Positions 49,965 to 59,716 of a stretch of DNA of 64,000 nt are shown here, piece after piece. Origin of the DNA: an uncultured SAR86 cluster bacterium (GTDB taxonomy: Bacteria > Pseudomonadota > Gammaproteobacteria > Magnimaribacterales > TMED112); NCBI GenBank assembly GCA_902535365.1, contig CACATF010000002.1:15114-79113 (forward strand), read 5' to 3'. The notes below the pieces were generated by a model that worked only from the letters and a program-made list of their open reading frames with translations, did no database searches and had not been told where the DNA came from. Positions within the stretch are counted from its first letter, which is position 1; the number at the start of each line of letters is the position of its first letter. Made by a program: the position numbers and the translations under genes.

Positions 49965-50186
49965 CTTTGGGGAAAACACACCCTTTAACAACTACACCCC
50001 TTAAGGAAGAAAGCTTTCATAGAATTGTACAAAAAATGAGCAATATATACTAACCCACTATTTATAGGCTATTCGAGAGACATACATTCAAAAAACATAA
50101 AATGGCTGATAAATGGCATTAATTTTTGAGTGATGATCATTCTTGTGTGAAAAGCAAGAGTTTTGGTGAAAAAAAAGTCACTTTTT

Positions 50187-51371
50187 TTAGTAGCAAAGTC
50201 TTGCATTTGTAACACCTTCGATTTTCTCTAGCTTAGAGACAATCTCAGGTTTAATTTCATCATCGGAATCGATGATATTGCATGCAATTTCTCCCCTACT
50301 TTTGTTAACGAATTCAGAAATATTTACTCCTGCTTCTGCTAAGCCTTCGGTTATCTGTGAAATGATGCCAGGTTGATTATTGTTTGTAATAAATATCCTA
50401 TGTTTTGCAACTTTCTCAGAAGAGATGTTTGGAAAATTTACGCTATTGTTGATCTTTCCAAATTTTAAAAAATCTGAAATTTGGCTGCAGGCCATAACGG
50501 CACAATTTACTTCACTTTCTTTTGTGCTAGCACCCAGATGAGGAAAAATCATTACATCTTTGTGCTGAGAAATTCTTTCCAATAATTTTTTTGTTGGAAA
50601 ATCAGTAACGTATTTGTATATTTTATTTTGGTTTAGGGAATCAATAAGATCTTCTTCATTTACAATTCCCCCTCGTGAAAAATTTAATAGAACAGCATCG
50701 TCTTTCATCACTACAAATTTCTCTTTATCTATAATTCCTTTTGTTGCGTCATTGAGTGGTATGTGAAGAGATACATAATCGCTGCCTGTTAGTGCTTCCT
50801 CTATGGTGCTACATCTCTTTAGACTGCTCGGCAAACCTAAAGCAATATCAACAGTCAAACCGGGATCAAATGCCTTTACCTTCATCCCCATATTTATTGC
50901 TTGATTTGCAACAAGTGAGCCTATTGCTCCCAAACCTATAACACTTAATTGTTTGCCTCTTATTTCTTGTCCCACAAATTCTTTTTTCATACCTTCGATC
51001 TTTGTGTTAATTTGTTCGTCCTCCATCTTCTCAATATCAATACTATCCAGATTCTTATTTCCGGAAACAAGATCTCGTTTGGATAAAATCAAGGCACAGA
51101 TAACTATTTCCTTAACGGCATTTGCATTTGCACCCGGGGTATTAAAAACAACAACCCCCTTCTCACTGCATAGCTCAACATTGATGTTGTTTGTGCCGGC
51201 ACCAGCTCGCGAAATTGCATGAAGGTTTTCAGGAACTTCCATGCTTTGGAGATTATGGCTTCTCAGCACAATGCCTGCTGCTTCATTTAACTCTGAAGTA
51301 AATTCAAAATTACCATTTTCTAGGACTGATAAGCCTGCTTTATCAATGTTATTTAGTATCTGTATTTTCAT
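50187..51371 (-). CDS. serA: D-3-phosphoglycerate dehydrogenase with C-terminal ACT domain
   Basis: D-2-hydroxyacid dehydrogenase NAD fold (VIGLGAIGSLVA). Catalytic-region blocks (NFSRGGIV; FPHLGAST). ACT-like tail. Start set at MKIQILNN (51371) rather than the track's 51407. Confidence 0.88.
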   Translation of the reverse strand: MKIQILNNIDKAGLSVLENGNFEFTSELNEAAGIVLRSHNLQSMEVPENLHAISRAGAGTNNINVELCSEKGVVVFNTPGANANAVKEIVICALILSKRDLVSGNKNLDSIDIEKMEDEQINTKIEGMKKEFVGQEIRGKQLSVIGLGAIGSLVANQAINMGMKVKAFDPGLTVDIALGLPSSLKRCSTIEEALTGSDYVSLHIPLNDATKGIIDKEKFVVMKDDAVLLNFSRGGIVNEEDLIDSLNQNKIYKYVTDFPTKKLLERISQHKDVMIFPHLGASTKESEVNCAVMACSQISDFLKFGKINNSVNFPNISSEKVAKHRIFITNNNQPGIISQITEGLAEAGVNISEFVNKSRGEIACNIIDSDDEIKPEIVSKLEKIEGVTNARLCY

Positions 51372-51440
51372 AAAAAGAAGTTTTAAAGAATACACATTTA
51401 AAACCATAAAAGAAACGGGTTTCGCAGATTATTAACAATT

Positions 51441-51460
51441 TTATCCATAAGTTATCAACA
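51441..51460 (+). promoter_or_regulatory. Two tandem near-consensus DnaA boxes upstream of nrdA
   Basis: TTATCCATA (51441..51449) and TTATCAACA (51452..51460), each 8/9 to TTATCCACA. The E. coli nrdAB promoter is known to carry DnaA boxes. Confidence 0.4.
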
Positions 51461-51466
51461 GGAAAA

Positions 51467-51513
51467 TCCCAGCATATTGTGCTCAACATGAAAATAAACA
51501 CAACATATTGTGT
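51467..51513 (+). promoter_or_regulatory. Tandem NrdR boxes
   Basis: tcccAGCATATTGTGc (51467..51482) and ACACAACATATTGTGT (51498..51513) share the CATATTGTG core 31 bp apart. The published NrdR operator is a 16-bp acaCwAtATaTwGtgt-like palindrome, usually paired about 3 helical turns apart upstream of nrd genes. Confidence 0.65.
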
Positions 51514-51563
51514 TGAAATGCTTGCTTGTAGTAAAAAACTGTTGAAAAATACAGAAGATAATC

Positions 51564-54356
51564 ATGGATCAACAAATAACACAGACACAAACCGAAAAAG
51601 AAGAATTATCCCCTAATCTGGTGATGACTCCAGGAAAGATGAGAGTCATAAAAAGAAATGGGAAAGTAGTATCTTTTGAGGAAGAAAAAATAAAGGTCGC
51701 AATAATGAAGGCGTTTCTTGCCGTTGAGGGCGGAACAGCTGCAGGCTCTTCACGGATCCATGAAGCGGTTGAGCAAATGACCAAAGATATTGTTGATGTT
51801 TTTGAAAGAAGAATGCCTTCCGGCGGAACAATTCATATAGAGGAAATACAAGATCAAGTTGAGTTGCAACTAATGAGAAATGAACATCATAAAGTCGCAA
51901 GAACTTATGTGCTTTACAGAGAAGCAAGAAAAAATGAAAGAGTTGATGAAGAAAAGCCCGTTGAAGTTGAAGGCAATGTAGAAGAAGTAATTAATGCAGC
52001 AGTAGAAAAAGCTTGCGCAGGCCTAGAAAATGTTGATGCAACATCACTGGCACAAGAAATAAAGGGCTCAACCTATGAAGGCATATCACCAAAGGATTTA
52101 GCTGAGAGCATGCTTATGACCGCTAGAACACTTGTTGAGAAAGAGCCAAATTATTCTTATGTAACAGCAAGACTTCTTTTAAATAATTTAGAAAATGAGG
52201 TTAGTTCCTTTTTAGGCTTTGAAAGAAGGGCAGACAGAGCTGCAATGTACAAGGAAGCATTAGTTAAAACAATAGATAAAGGGATAGAAGTAGGCTTTCT
52301 CAGTGAGGAATTAAAAACTTTTGACCTTGAAAGGCTAGGCAGCGCGATTAAAGAGGAAAGAGATTTCCAGTTCACATACCTTGGTCTGCAAACTCTTTAC
52401 GATAGATATTTCATAACATTTGAAGAAACTAGATACGAAATGCCTCAAGTTTTTTTAATGAGAGTTGCTATGGGGCTTGCTGTACAAGAAAAAGATAAAA
52501 ACGATAGAGCGGAAGAATTTTACAACCTCCTATCAAGTTTTGACTATATGAGCTCTACCCCAACTTTATTTAACTCTGGAACAAACAGACCTCAACTTTC
52601 ATCATGTTATCTAACTACAGTACCTGATGATCTTTCCGGTATTTACGGCGCTATAAGAGATAATGCCCTTTTGTCTAAATGGGCAGGCGGTTTGGGCAAT
52701 GACTGGACAAATGTAAGAGCTCTGGGTTCAAGAATCAAAGGAACAAATGGGAAAAGCCAAGGCATTGTGCCATTCCTAAAAGTTTCAAATGATACGGCTG
52801 TTGCTGTTAACCAGGGAGGCAAAAGAAAAGGTGCTTTCTGTGCTTACTTAGAATGCTGGCACTTAGATGTTGAAGAATTCTTAGATCTAAGAAAAAACAC
52901 AGGTGATGATCGAAGAAGAACGCACGACATGAACACAGCGAACTGGGTTCCTGATTTATTCATGAAAAGGCTGGAAAGTGATTCAGATTGGACATTGTTT
53001 TCTCCTTCAGATGTGCCTGAATTACACGATATATATGGATCAGAGTTTGAGAAAAGATATGAAGAGTATGAAAAGATGGCAGCGTCAGGTGAACTTAAGC
53101 TTTATAAGACCATAAAAGCAAAAGACCTCTGGAGAAAGATGCTATCTATGCTTTTTGAAACAGGCCACCCATGGATTACATTTAAAGACCCATGCAACAT
53201 AAGATCACCACAAGGGCATGTTGGAACAGTTCACTCATCAAATCTTTGCACTGAAATAACACTTAACACCAATGAAGACGAAATTGCTGTTTGTAATTTA
53301 GGAAGCATAAACCTTCCACAGCACATTCAAGATGGAAAGATCAATGTTGAACAACTTAAGAAATCTGTCAAAACAGCTATCAGAATGCTTGATAATGTAG
53401 TTGATATTAACTACTACCCTGTTCCACAAGCAGAAAACTCAAACAAAAAACACAGACCAATTGGTCTTGGCATGATGGGTTTTCAAGATGCACTTTACAA
53501 ACTTGGTATTTCATATAATTCAAATGAAGCTGTTGAGTTTGCAGATAGATCAATGGAGCTTATCAGTTATTTTGCTATCGAAGCATCAGCAGAGCTTGCA
53601 AAAGAAAGAGGCACATACGAATCATATGAAGGCTCATTATGGGATCAAGGTATTTTTCCAATTGATTCAATTGAGTTATTGGCAGAGCAAAGAGGCAAAG
53701 ACTTTATTGACCAAAACACAGACACAACTCTTGATTGGGAAGCCCTCAGAGCAGTAGTTAAAGATACAGGCATGAGAAACTCTAATGTCATGGCAATAGC
53801 GCCAACTGCAACCATAGCCAACATAACTGGCGTTTCACAATCAATAGAGCCGACATATCAAAACTTATACGTGAAATCTAATCTATCTGGTGAGTTCACC
53901 GTTGTGAACCCATATTTAATAGAAGAACTTAAAAAGGAAAGTCTGTGGGATGATGTCATGCTAAGTGATCTTAAATATTATGAGGGATCCTTAAGTCAAA
54001 TTAATAGAATACCAGAACACATTAAAGAAAAATTTAAAACAGCATTTGAAGTTGAACCAAGATTTATCGTTGAATCTGCAAGCAGAAGACAAAAATGGAT
54101 AGATCAGGCTCAATCTCTAAATTTATATATAGGGAATGTTGATGGGAAAAAACTTGACGTCACATATAGAATGGCTTGGTACAAAGGTCTTAAAACAACC
54201 TATTACCTAAGAGCTATGGGTGCTACAGCAACTGAAAAGTCAACTGTTGATAGAAGCACTCTAAATGCTGTAGAAACAAAACAAGAACAAAATGTCGCTG
54301 CACAAGCACCACAAGCTTGCAGCATACTCGATCCAGATTGCGAGGCATGCCAATAA
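51564..54356 (+). CDS. nrdA: Ribonucleoside-diphosphate reductase alpha subunit (class Ia, long Pseudomonas-like form)
   Basis: ATP-cone (VIKRNGKVVSFEEEKIKVAI). Active-site NLCTEI. C-terminal redox Cys pair (DPDCEACQ). 930 aa. Confidence 0.95.
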   Translation: MDQQITQTQTEKEELSPNLVMTPGKMRVIKRNGKVVSFEEEKIKVAIMKAFLAVEGGTAAGSSRIHEAVEQMTKDIVDVFERRMPSGGTIHIEEIQDQVELQLMRNEHHKVARTYVLYREARKNERVDEEKPVEVEGNVEEVINAAVEKACAGLENVDATSLAQEIKGSTYEGISPKDLAESMLMTARTLVEKEPNYSYVTARLLLNNLENEVSSFLGFERRADRAAMYKEALVKTIDKGIEVGFLSEELKTFDLERLGSAIKEERDFQFTYLGLQTLYDRYFITFEETRYEMPQVFLMRVAMGLAVQEKDKNDRAEEFYNLLSSFDYMSSTPTLFNSGTNRPQLSSCYLTTVPDDLSGIYGAIRDNALLSKWAGGLGNDWTNVRALGSRIKGTNGKSQGIVPFLKVSNDTAVAVNQGGKRKGAFCAYLECWHLDVEEFLDLRKNTGDDRRRTHDMNTANWVPDLFMKRLESDSDWTLFSPSDVPELHDIYGSEFEKRYEEYEKMAASGELKLYKTIKAKDLWRKMLSMLFETGHPWITFKDPCNIRSPQGHVGTVHSSNLCTEITLNTNEDEIAVCNLGSINLPQHIQDGKINVEQLKKSVKTAIRMLDNVVDINYYPVPQAENSNKKHRPIGLGMMGFQDALYKLGISYNSNEAVEFADRSMELISYFAIEASAELAKERGTYESYEGSLWDQGIFPIDSIELLAEQRGKDFIDQNTDTTLDWEALRAVVKDTGMRNSNVMAIAPTATIANITGVSQSIEPTYQNLYVKSNLSGEFTVVNPYLIEELKKESLWDDVMLSDLKYYEGSLSQINRIPEHIKEKFKTAFEVEPRFIVESASRRQKWIDQAQSLNLYIGNVDGKKLDVTYRMAWYKGLKTTYYLRAMGATATEKSTVDRSTLNAVETKQEQNVAAQAPQACSILDPDCEACQ

Positions 54357-54368
54357 TAGGAGGAAATT

Positions 54369-55652
54369 ATGTTAAGTTGGGATGAATTTTATAACGAAGA
54401 TGCTCCAGTAAAGAAAGAAGAGCAAAAACAACCAGAGCCAAGGGTTGCAGAAGCAACACAGGCTGAAGCTGCACCACAAGAAAAGGCTGTAGAACAAACA
54501 ACTCAAGAACCACTAGTAACTGAAGATATCAGTTCTCCTGCTATGCAGAACGTTGAAAATTACACAACCATGAAAAACCCTACCGAAGCAGAATTGCAAA
54601 AAGTTAGGGAGAGAATGGACAAAGTTCTTGAAGGTAGGGTGCAAGTTGGACAAAAGGCCATGATTAATTCAAGGGCAGATCTCAACCAACTTGTTCCCTT
54701 TAAATATAAATGGGCATGGGAAAAGTACCTAGACGGAGCTGCAAACCATTGGATGCCACAAGAAGTAAATATGACTGATGATATAGCTCTTTGGAGGTCT
54801 GATGATGGTCTTACCGAAGATGAAAGAACTATTATTAAAAGAAGTTTAGGCTTCTTTTCAACTGCTGATTCATTGGTTGCAAATAACCTTGTTCTTGCAG
54901 TTTACAGACATATTACAAACCCAGAATGCAGACAGTACTTACTTAGACAAGCATTTGAAGAGGCAATACATACACATGCATACCAGTATTGTGTTGAATC
55001 TCTAGGCATGGATGAAGGTGAAATATTCAACATGTATAGAGAAGTGCCTTGTGTAGAGAGAAAGGCAGCATGGGGACTAAAATATACAAAGAACCTCGAG
55101 GATCCAACTTTCACTACAGGCACACCAGAAACTGATAAAGAGTTTCTGAGCAATTTAATTGCTTATTACTGTGTGCTTGAGGGAATGTTCTTTTACTGTG
55201 GCTTCTCACAAATTTTATCTATGGGTAGAAGAAATAAGATGACAGGTGTTTCTGAGCAGTTTCAGTACATCATGAGAGATGAATCTATGCATGTGAATTT
55301 TGGGATTGATGTAATTAATTCAATTATCAATGAAAACCCACATATCTGGGATGATGAAATGCGTAAGAGAGCTTCTGATATGATTGTTGAGGGAACAGAA
55401 CTAGAGATTGAATACGCAAGAGACACAATGCCAAGGGGTGTTCTAGGAATGAATGCAAAAACAATGGAAGAGTATCTTAAGTACGTATGCAACAGAAGAC
55501 TTACTCAAATTAACCTTCCAGAAGCTTACCCTGGTGCTGACAATCCATTCCCATGGATGTCAGAAATCATGGACCTTAGAAAAGAGAAAAACTTCTTTGA
55601 AACTCGAGTTATTGAGTATCAAGTTGGTGGCTCTCTGAAGTTTGACGACTAA
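54369..55652 (+). CDS. nrdB: Ribonucleoside-diphosphate reductase beta subunit
   Basis: Di-iron ligand E-x-x-H blocks ([20 protein letters not shown]). AGGAGG lies upstream. Long acidic N-terminal extension. Confidence 0.94.
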   Translation: MLSWDEFYNEDAPVKKEEQKQPEPRVAEATQAEAAPQEKAVEQTTQEPLVTEDISSPAMQNVENYTTMKNPTEAELQKVRERMDKVLEGRVQVGQKAMINSRADLNQLVPFKYKWAWEKYLDGAANHWMPQEVNMTDDIALWRSDDGLTEDERTIIKRSLGFFSTADSLVANNLVLAVYRHITNPECRQYLLRQAFEEAIHTHAYQYCVESLGMDEGEIFNMYREVPCVERKAAWGLKYTKNLEDPTFTTGTPETDKEFLSNLIAYYCVLEGMFFYCGFSQILSMGRRNKMTGVSEQFQYIMRDESMHVNFGIDVINSIINENPHIWDDEMRKRASDMIVEGTELEIEYARDTMPRGVLGMNAKTMEEYLKYVCNRRLTQINLPEAYPGADNPFPWMSEIMDLRKEKNFFETRVIEYQVGGSLKFDD

Positions 55653-55660
55653 ATAAGTTT

Positions 55661-55693
55661 GCACTGCCGTAGATCTGCAGCTATAGGCGGTGC
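55661..55693 (+). terminator. Candidate terminator hairpin after nrdB
   Basis: GCACTGCC-N17-GGCGGTGC forms an 8-bp stem including one G-U. Only a short TTTT follows, 11 nt downstream. Confidence 0.4.
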
Positions 55694-55879
55694 TCCTCAC
55701 ATTTTCAGCAAAAACATTAAAGTTTTATATTAAAAATATAGAGTTTTTACTATAAATCTTAAAGTTTTAGTATTTTAGGCAAATATTTATCAATTTTTAC
55801 TAGCAAACTAAATATTTCTAAGAAAACCAACTAACTGGTTTAGAACATATGGTTATCTAGCCGAGTGGTATGAGAAATA

Positions 55880-56587
55880 TCAAAAAGATTGATCTGCAAT
55901 ACAAGAAGCTAGACTAATGTAACTGTCAAGCTTCTGTTTATACTGATCAGGTTCCATTGCATTGCCTTTCTCATAAATAAATAAAATATTTTTACTGCAC
56001 TCAATAGTTATGCGTGGATTTTTAGTATCTTCTAGAAAATCCAGTAATTCTTTCTTTGCAAGATACTTCTTCACGTCTGCTACCATATTTTTATTTGTTG
56101 ATAGTATCTGGTATCGAAAGTTAAGAACTTTATAATCTTCAAATTTAATATCTCGGCTAATCCCTAAGCCTTCTTTTGGTTTAATAGTAAAACCTGGCAA
56201 CTTATTCTTGCACTGAAATGCAAATACAGTTGATTGTATAGGTAAATTTTCAAGTAAATTTGGTCTTTGGTTTGAAAAAATAAGAATGTTTTTTTTATAA
56301 GCAATCCTATAATATCTAGTATTTTTGAAAGGGAAAAAAAATAAATAACGTGTAGAGGGCAAGGTTGGATAGCTGCTTTTTCTAAAAAGAGAGTCTAAAT
56401 ATATTTCATTATCTTTAAGATTTTTTTCATATTTTTCATCATTTCTTTTGCCAAGATTTAATGCCACAAGAGGCAGAATAACAGCAAATAAAACCAACCA
56501 TATATAGTTTGTCTCAATCAACGGATCAAAGTAATAGAAAACCAAGAAAAGAACTAAAGAAATGAACAATATAAAGAGATTTTTCAT
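55880..56587 (-). CDS. Hypothetical membrane-anchored protein (two N-terminal TM helices)
   Basis: 235-aa ORF rich in Lys/Asn/Phe with no recognisable motifs. Flanked by AT-rich spacers. Confidence 0.5.
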   Translation of the reverse strand: MKNLFILFISLVLFLVFYYFDPLIETNYIWLVLFAVILPLVALNLGKRNDEKYEKNLKDNEIYLDSLFRKSSYPTLPSTRYLFFFPFKNTRYYRIAYKKNILIFSNQRPNLLENLPIQSTVFAFQCKNKLPGFTIKPKEGLGISRDIKFEDYKVLNFRYQILSTNKNMVADVKKYLAKKELLDFLEDTKNPRITIECSKNILFIYEKGNAMEPDQYKQKLDSYISLASCIADQSF

Positions 56588-56607
56588 TACGTAGATTATT
56601 TAGACAT

Positions 56608-56638
56608 AAAAAAAGGGCTATTTAAAGCCCTTTTTTTT
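56608..56638 (-). terminator. Rho-independent (bidirectional-looking) terminator after the SDR gene
   Basis: A-run, then AAGGGCT-ATTTAA-AGCCCTT, then a T-run of 8. On the minus strand it follows the stop at 56652. Confidence 0.65.
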
Positions 56639-56651
56639 AATAGATTTATTT

Positions 56652-57563
56652 TTAGTTTTCAGATTGCTGTATTTTTTCTAAGTGCTTTATAGCAACTTCG
56701 CCACCTTGAGTTAATCTTCTGGCATCAGTTGTATCAGCTATTTCTGCCCAATGATTAGCTACTGCTTCAGCAGTGAAATTCTCATCAGTGCCGAAGTATT
56801 TACCCATGGTTTCCATGACATATGTATTAGCAACAACACCACCACCTGCTTCAAGGATTTCACCATTAGGTGCTTTTTCACTTGCTAGAAAAATCACAGC
56901 TGGAATTATATATTTAGGATCTAGTTTTTCAGCAAACTCTGCTGGAAAGAGATGTTCTGTCATTCTAGTCGTAGCAGTTGGTGCAATAGAATTTGTGTGT
57001 ACATTATATTTAGCACCCTCGAGTTTTAGAGTATTCATTAGACCTACTACACCCATTTTTGCAGCAGCATAATTGGTTTGTCCAAAGTTTCCAAATAAAC
57101 CAGATGAAGATGATGTCATCACAATTCTTCCAAACTCTTGTTCTTTCATAATCGGAAAAACACTATGAGCGCATAAAGCAGATCCAAGCAAGTGCACATT
57201 TATGACTGCTTCAAAATCTGACCATTCCATTTTTCCAAAAGATTTATCTCTAAGAATACCGGCATTATTGATAAGAATATCTACTCTGCCCCACTTCTCC
57301 ATGGTTGCCTCAACCATTGCTTTTACATCTTCTTGTTTTGCAACATTAGCTCCGTTAGCCATTGCTTCACCGCCAGCTGCCTCAATTTCCTGTACAACTG
57401 CGTCTGCAGCAGATAATGAGCCTCCAGAACCATCTACAGTCCCGCCTAGATCATTAACAACAACTTTGGCTCCTCTTTTAGCCAACTCAAGAGCATAACC
57501 TTTTCCAATACCGTTACCTGAACCAGTAACAATAGCAACTTTATCTTTAAAATCTAATGACAT
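56652..57563 (-). CDS. SDR-family (3R)-hydroxyacyl-CoA dehydrogenase-like protein (MFE-2 / 17beta-HSD4 dehydrogenase-domain type)
   Basis: VAIVTGSGNGIGKGYALELAKRGAKVVVNDLGG...DGSGGS...AADAVVQEI closely mirrors the N-terminus of peroxisomal MFE-2 dehydrogenase domains. NNAG and YAAAK motifs. Start at the ATG preceded by GGAGG (57563), not the TTG at 57575. Confidence 0.8.
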   Translation of the reverse strand: MSLDFKDKVAIVTGSGNGIGKGYALELAKRGAKVVVNDLGGTVDGSGGSLSAADAVVQEIEAAGGEAMANGANVAKQEDVKAMVEATMEKWGRVDILINNAGILRDKSFGKMEWSDFEAVINVHLLGSALCAHSVFPIMKEQEFGRIVMTSSSSGLFGNFGQTNYAAAKMGVVGLMNTLKLEGAKYNVHTNSIAPTATTRMTEHLFPAEFAEKLDPKYIIPAVIFLASEKAPNGEILEAGGGVVANTYVMETMGKYFGTDENFTAEAVANHWAEIADTTDARRLTQGGEVAIKHLEKIQQSEN

Positions 57564-57630
57564 TTGACCCTCCAAAATAAATCAGTGGTTATTTTAATGA
57601 ATTATTAAAGAAATAGACAGAAATTATGAT

Positions 57631-58026
57631 TTACAAGGCAATAATTGCCTCTCCTACTATTTTTATATCTTGGTGTTGGTCTTCTGCTTTGATTTCAATT
57701 TTTAAGCATTTATCGCCATCTATAACAATTTCATCAATAATATGTCCTGAAAGACTAAATTCTGCTCCAATCTGCGTTATGGAAACAAATTTAGCTGAAT
57801 ATTTTTTTATCTTTTCTTGAGAGAAATTATTTGTAAGAAGTTGGCCGAGGTAAGCCATACCAAGCATGCCATGTGCAAAAACATCATCAAGACCAGCCTT
57901 TTTAACAAAATCTAAATCTATGTGGATCGGGTTATGATCTCCTGATGCACCAGCAAAAAGGGCAAGTGTTGTTCTAGAGATAGGGTTTTTTGTTAATTTA
58001 AATGAATCACCAATTCCTAAAGACAT
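57631..58026 (-). CDS. MaoC-like (R)-specific enoyl-CoA hydratase, catalytic hot-dog subunit
   Basis: Hydratase-2 motif FAGASGDHNPIHID. 131 aa. Confidence 0.85.
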   Translation of the reverse strand: MSLGIGDSFKLTKNPISRTTLALFAGASGDHNPIHIDLDFVKKAGLDDVFAHGMLGMAYLGQLLTNNFSQEKIKKYSAKFVSITQIGAEFSLSGHIIDEIVIDGDKCLKIEIKAEDQHQDIKIVGEAIIAL

Positions 58027-58027
58027 C

Positions 58028-58474
58028 TCATCCCTCTCTCATTATGTAGGTTTGCTTCAGTGTAGCTATATGTGACCCATTCTGATTTTCGACTTTTGTC
58101 TCTTCAATAAGAAAATCCAATGCGCCATCTTTTTTTGAAAATATATCTATTATTTTGGCTTGGAAAGTTAAATTATCGCCTGCATAAGCTGAGCAATAAT
58201 AGTTAAAATCTTGTGCTCCGTGTAAGAGTTTTGATAAATCCATACCAAGTGGGCCATATTTTTCAGTGAATGTTTCTCCCTCAATTGATAAAGAGAATAA
58301 GAAAGTTGGAGGCACAAGTAATGAGGGATGTCCCTTGTCATGTGCTGCCATTTCATCAAAGTAAATTGGATTAGTCTCTCCAATTGTTTTTGAAAAAAAA
58401 GCTAGCCTGCCCTTTTCAACTTCAACTTTCTTCTCAGGAAAGATATGGTTGATGTAATTTCTATTGAATGGCAT
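58028..58474 (-). CDS. MaoC N-terminal-type hot-dog protein (non-catalytic partner subunit)
   Basis: Hot-dog size and pattern (IGETNPIYFDE...) without the D-x-N-P-x-H catalytic motif. Start set at MPFNRN (58474), sharing one base with the thiolase stop (TTAATG). Confidence 0.75.
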   Translation of the reverse strand: MPFNRNYINHIFPEKKVEVEKGRLAFFSKTIGETNPIYFDEMAAHDKGHPSLLVPPTFLFSLSIEGETFTEKYGPLGMDLSKLLHGAQDFNYYCSAYAGDNLTFQAKIIDIFSKKDGALDFLIEETKVENQNGSHIATLKQTYIMREG

Positions 58475-59661
58475 TAAACATTCCTTTGGTACATTGTTAC
58501 GACACAAGCTCCACCAAGGCCTAAATTATGCTGAAGAGCTAATTGAGCTCCATCTACCTGTCTATCTCCGGCATTTTGTCTTAATTGATTGGTAAGCTCA
58601 AAGCATTGTGCCAAGCCAGTTGCCCCCAAAGGATGTCCTTTTGACAACAATCCGCCACTAGGGTTGGTAACACATTCCCCACCATATGTATTTTGGTTAT
58701 CAATAACAAACTTTTCTGCTGACCCCTCTTGAGCAAGACCCAAAGCTTCATATGAAATAAGCTCATTTGTTGTAAAGCAATCATGCAGTTCACATACATC
58801 AATATCTTTTGGCCCGTATCCACTATCCTCATAAACCTTTAGTGACGCTTCTTTTGCCATATCGTAACCAACAACTTTGCGCATATCATGATCGTCAAAA
58901 GTTGACTGGCCATCAGTCACCATTGATTGAGCAATGATCGCTACGTCAGTATTTAAATTATGTTTTTTTGCAAATTCTTCACTACATACAACAGCTGCAG
59001 CAGCTCCACATGATGGAGGGCAGCATTGAAGCCTTGTTAGTGGATCAAAAATTAAAGGTGATTGAAGCACTTCCTCTTCCGTTACTTCTTTAGTAAAAAT
59101 TGATAGTGGGTTTTTAGAGGCATGTTTGCTGGCTTTAACTCTAATTTTTGCAAGTGTTGATTTTTCAATCTGGTATTCTTTTATGTAATCTAGGCCAGCC
59201 CCGCCAAAAAATTGTGCAGCCCATGGAATCTCGTCATCAAGCCCTTGCAGTGAAATCATCTCATCATAAAAACGACGCAGCGGGTTCGGTCTGTCGTCAT
59301 AAATTAAAGGGAGCGCGCCAGGCGTCATTTGTTCAAAACCAAGTGCTAGTGCACAGTCAACTTCTCCCGATTTAACGGCTTGTCTTGCTAAGAATAAAGC
59401 GCTTGAACCGGTAGCACAGTAGTTATTTAAATTAAAGATTGGAATTCCACTTAAGCCTAAGCCATATAAAGCTGCTTGTCCTGCTGTGGAATCTGCATAA
59501 ACATATCCAACGTAGGCTTGTTGAACAAGGCTGTATTGAAGATTAGCATCATCGAGAGCTAGTCTTGCTGCTTTTTCCCCCATCACATCATAGGAATCAC
59601 TTGCTCCAGGCTTTTTGAATGGAATCATGCCGACTCCAGCAACGATGACTTTTGAAGACAC
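58474..59661 (-). CDS. SCP-x/nonspecific lipid-transfer-protein-type thiolase
   Basis: Nucleophile block NLNNYCATGSSALFLA and C-terminal NPSGGLLSKGHPLGATGLAQC match SCPx-type thiolase catalytic Cys/His/Cys contexts. Confidence 0.85.
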   Translation of the reverse strand: MSSKVIVAGVGMIPFKKPGASDSYDVMGEKAARLALDDANLQYSLVQQAYVGYVYADSTAGQAALYGLGLSGIPIFNLNNYCATGSSALFLARQAVKSGEVDCALALGFEQMTPGALPLIYDDRPNPLRRFYDEMISLQGLDDEIPWAAQFFGGAGLDYIKEYQIEKSTLAKIRVKASKHASKNPLSIFTKEVTEEEVLQSPLIFDPLTRLQCCPPSCGAAAAVVCSEEFAKKHNLNTDVAIIAQSMVTDGQSTFDDHDMRKVVGYDMAKEASLKVYEDSGYGPKDIDVCELHDCFTTNELISYEALGLAQEGSAEKFVIDNQNTYGGECVTNPSGGLLSKGHPLGATGLAQCFELTNQLRQNAGDRQVDGAQLALQHNLGLGGACVVTMYQRNV

Positions 59662-59716
59662 TTTACCAACCCCCTTTTGTATCTATCAATACATATAATA
59701 AAATAATATTGAAGGC

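Noticed and set aside
55860-55869. GCCGAGTGGT, resembling the D-loop of tRNA-Ser/Leu
   Set aside because: No closing GGC for a D-stem and no T-arm or acceptor pairing in the surrounding sequence. It sits directly downstream (on the minus strand) of the stop of the 55880..56587 ORF.
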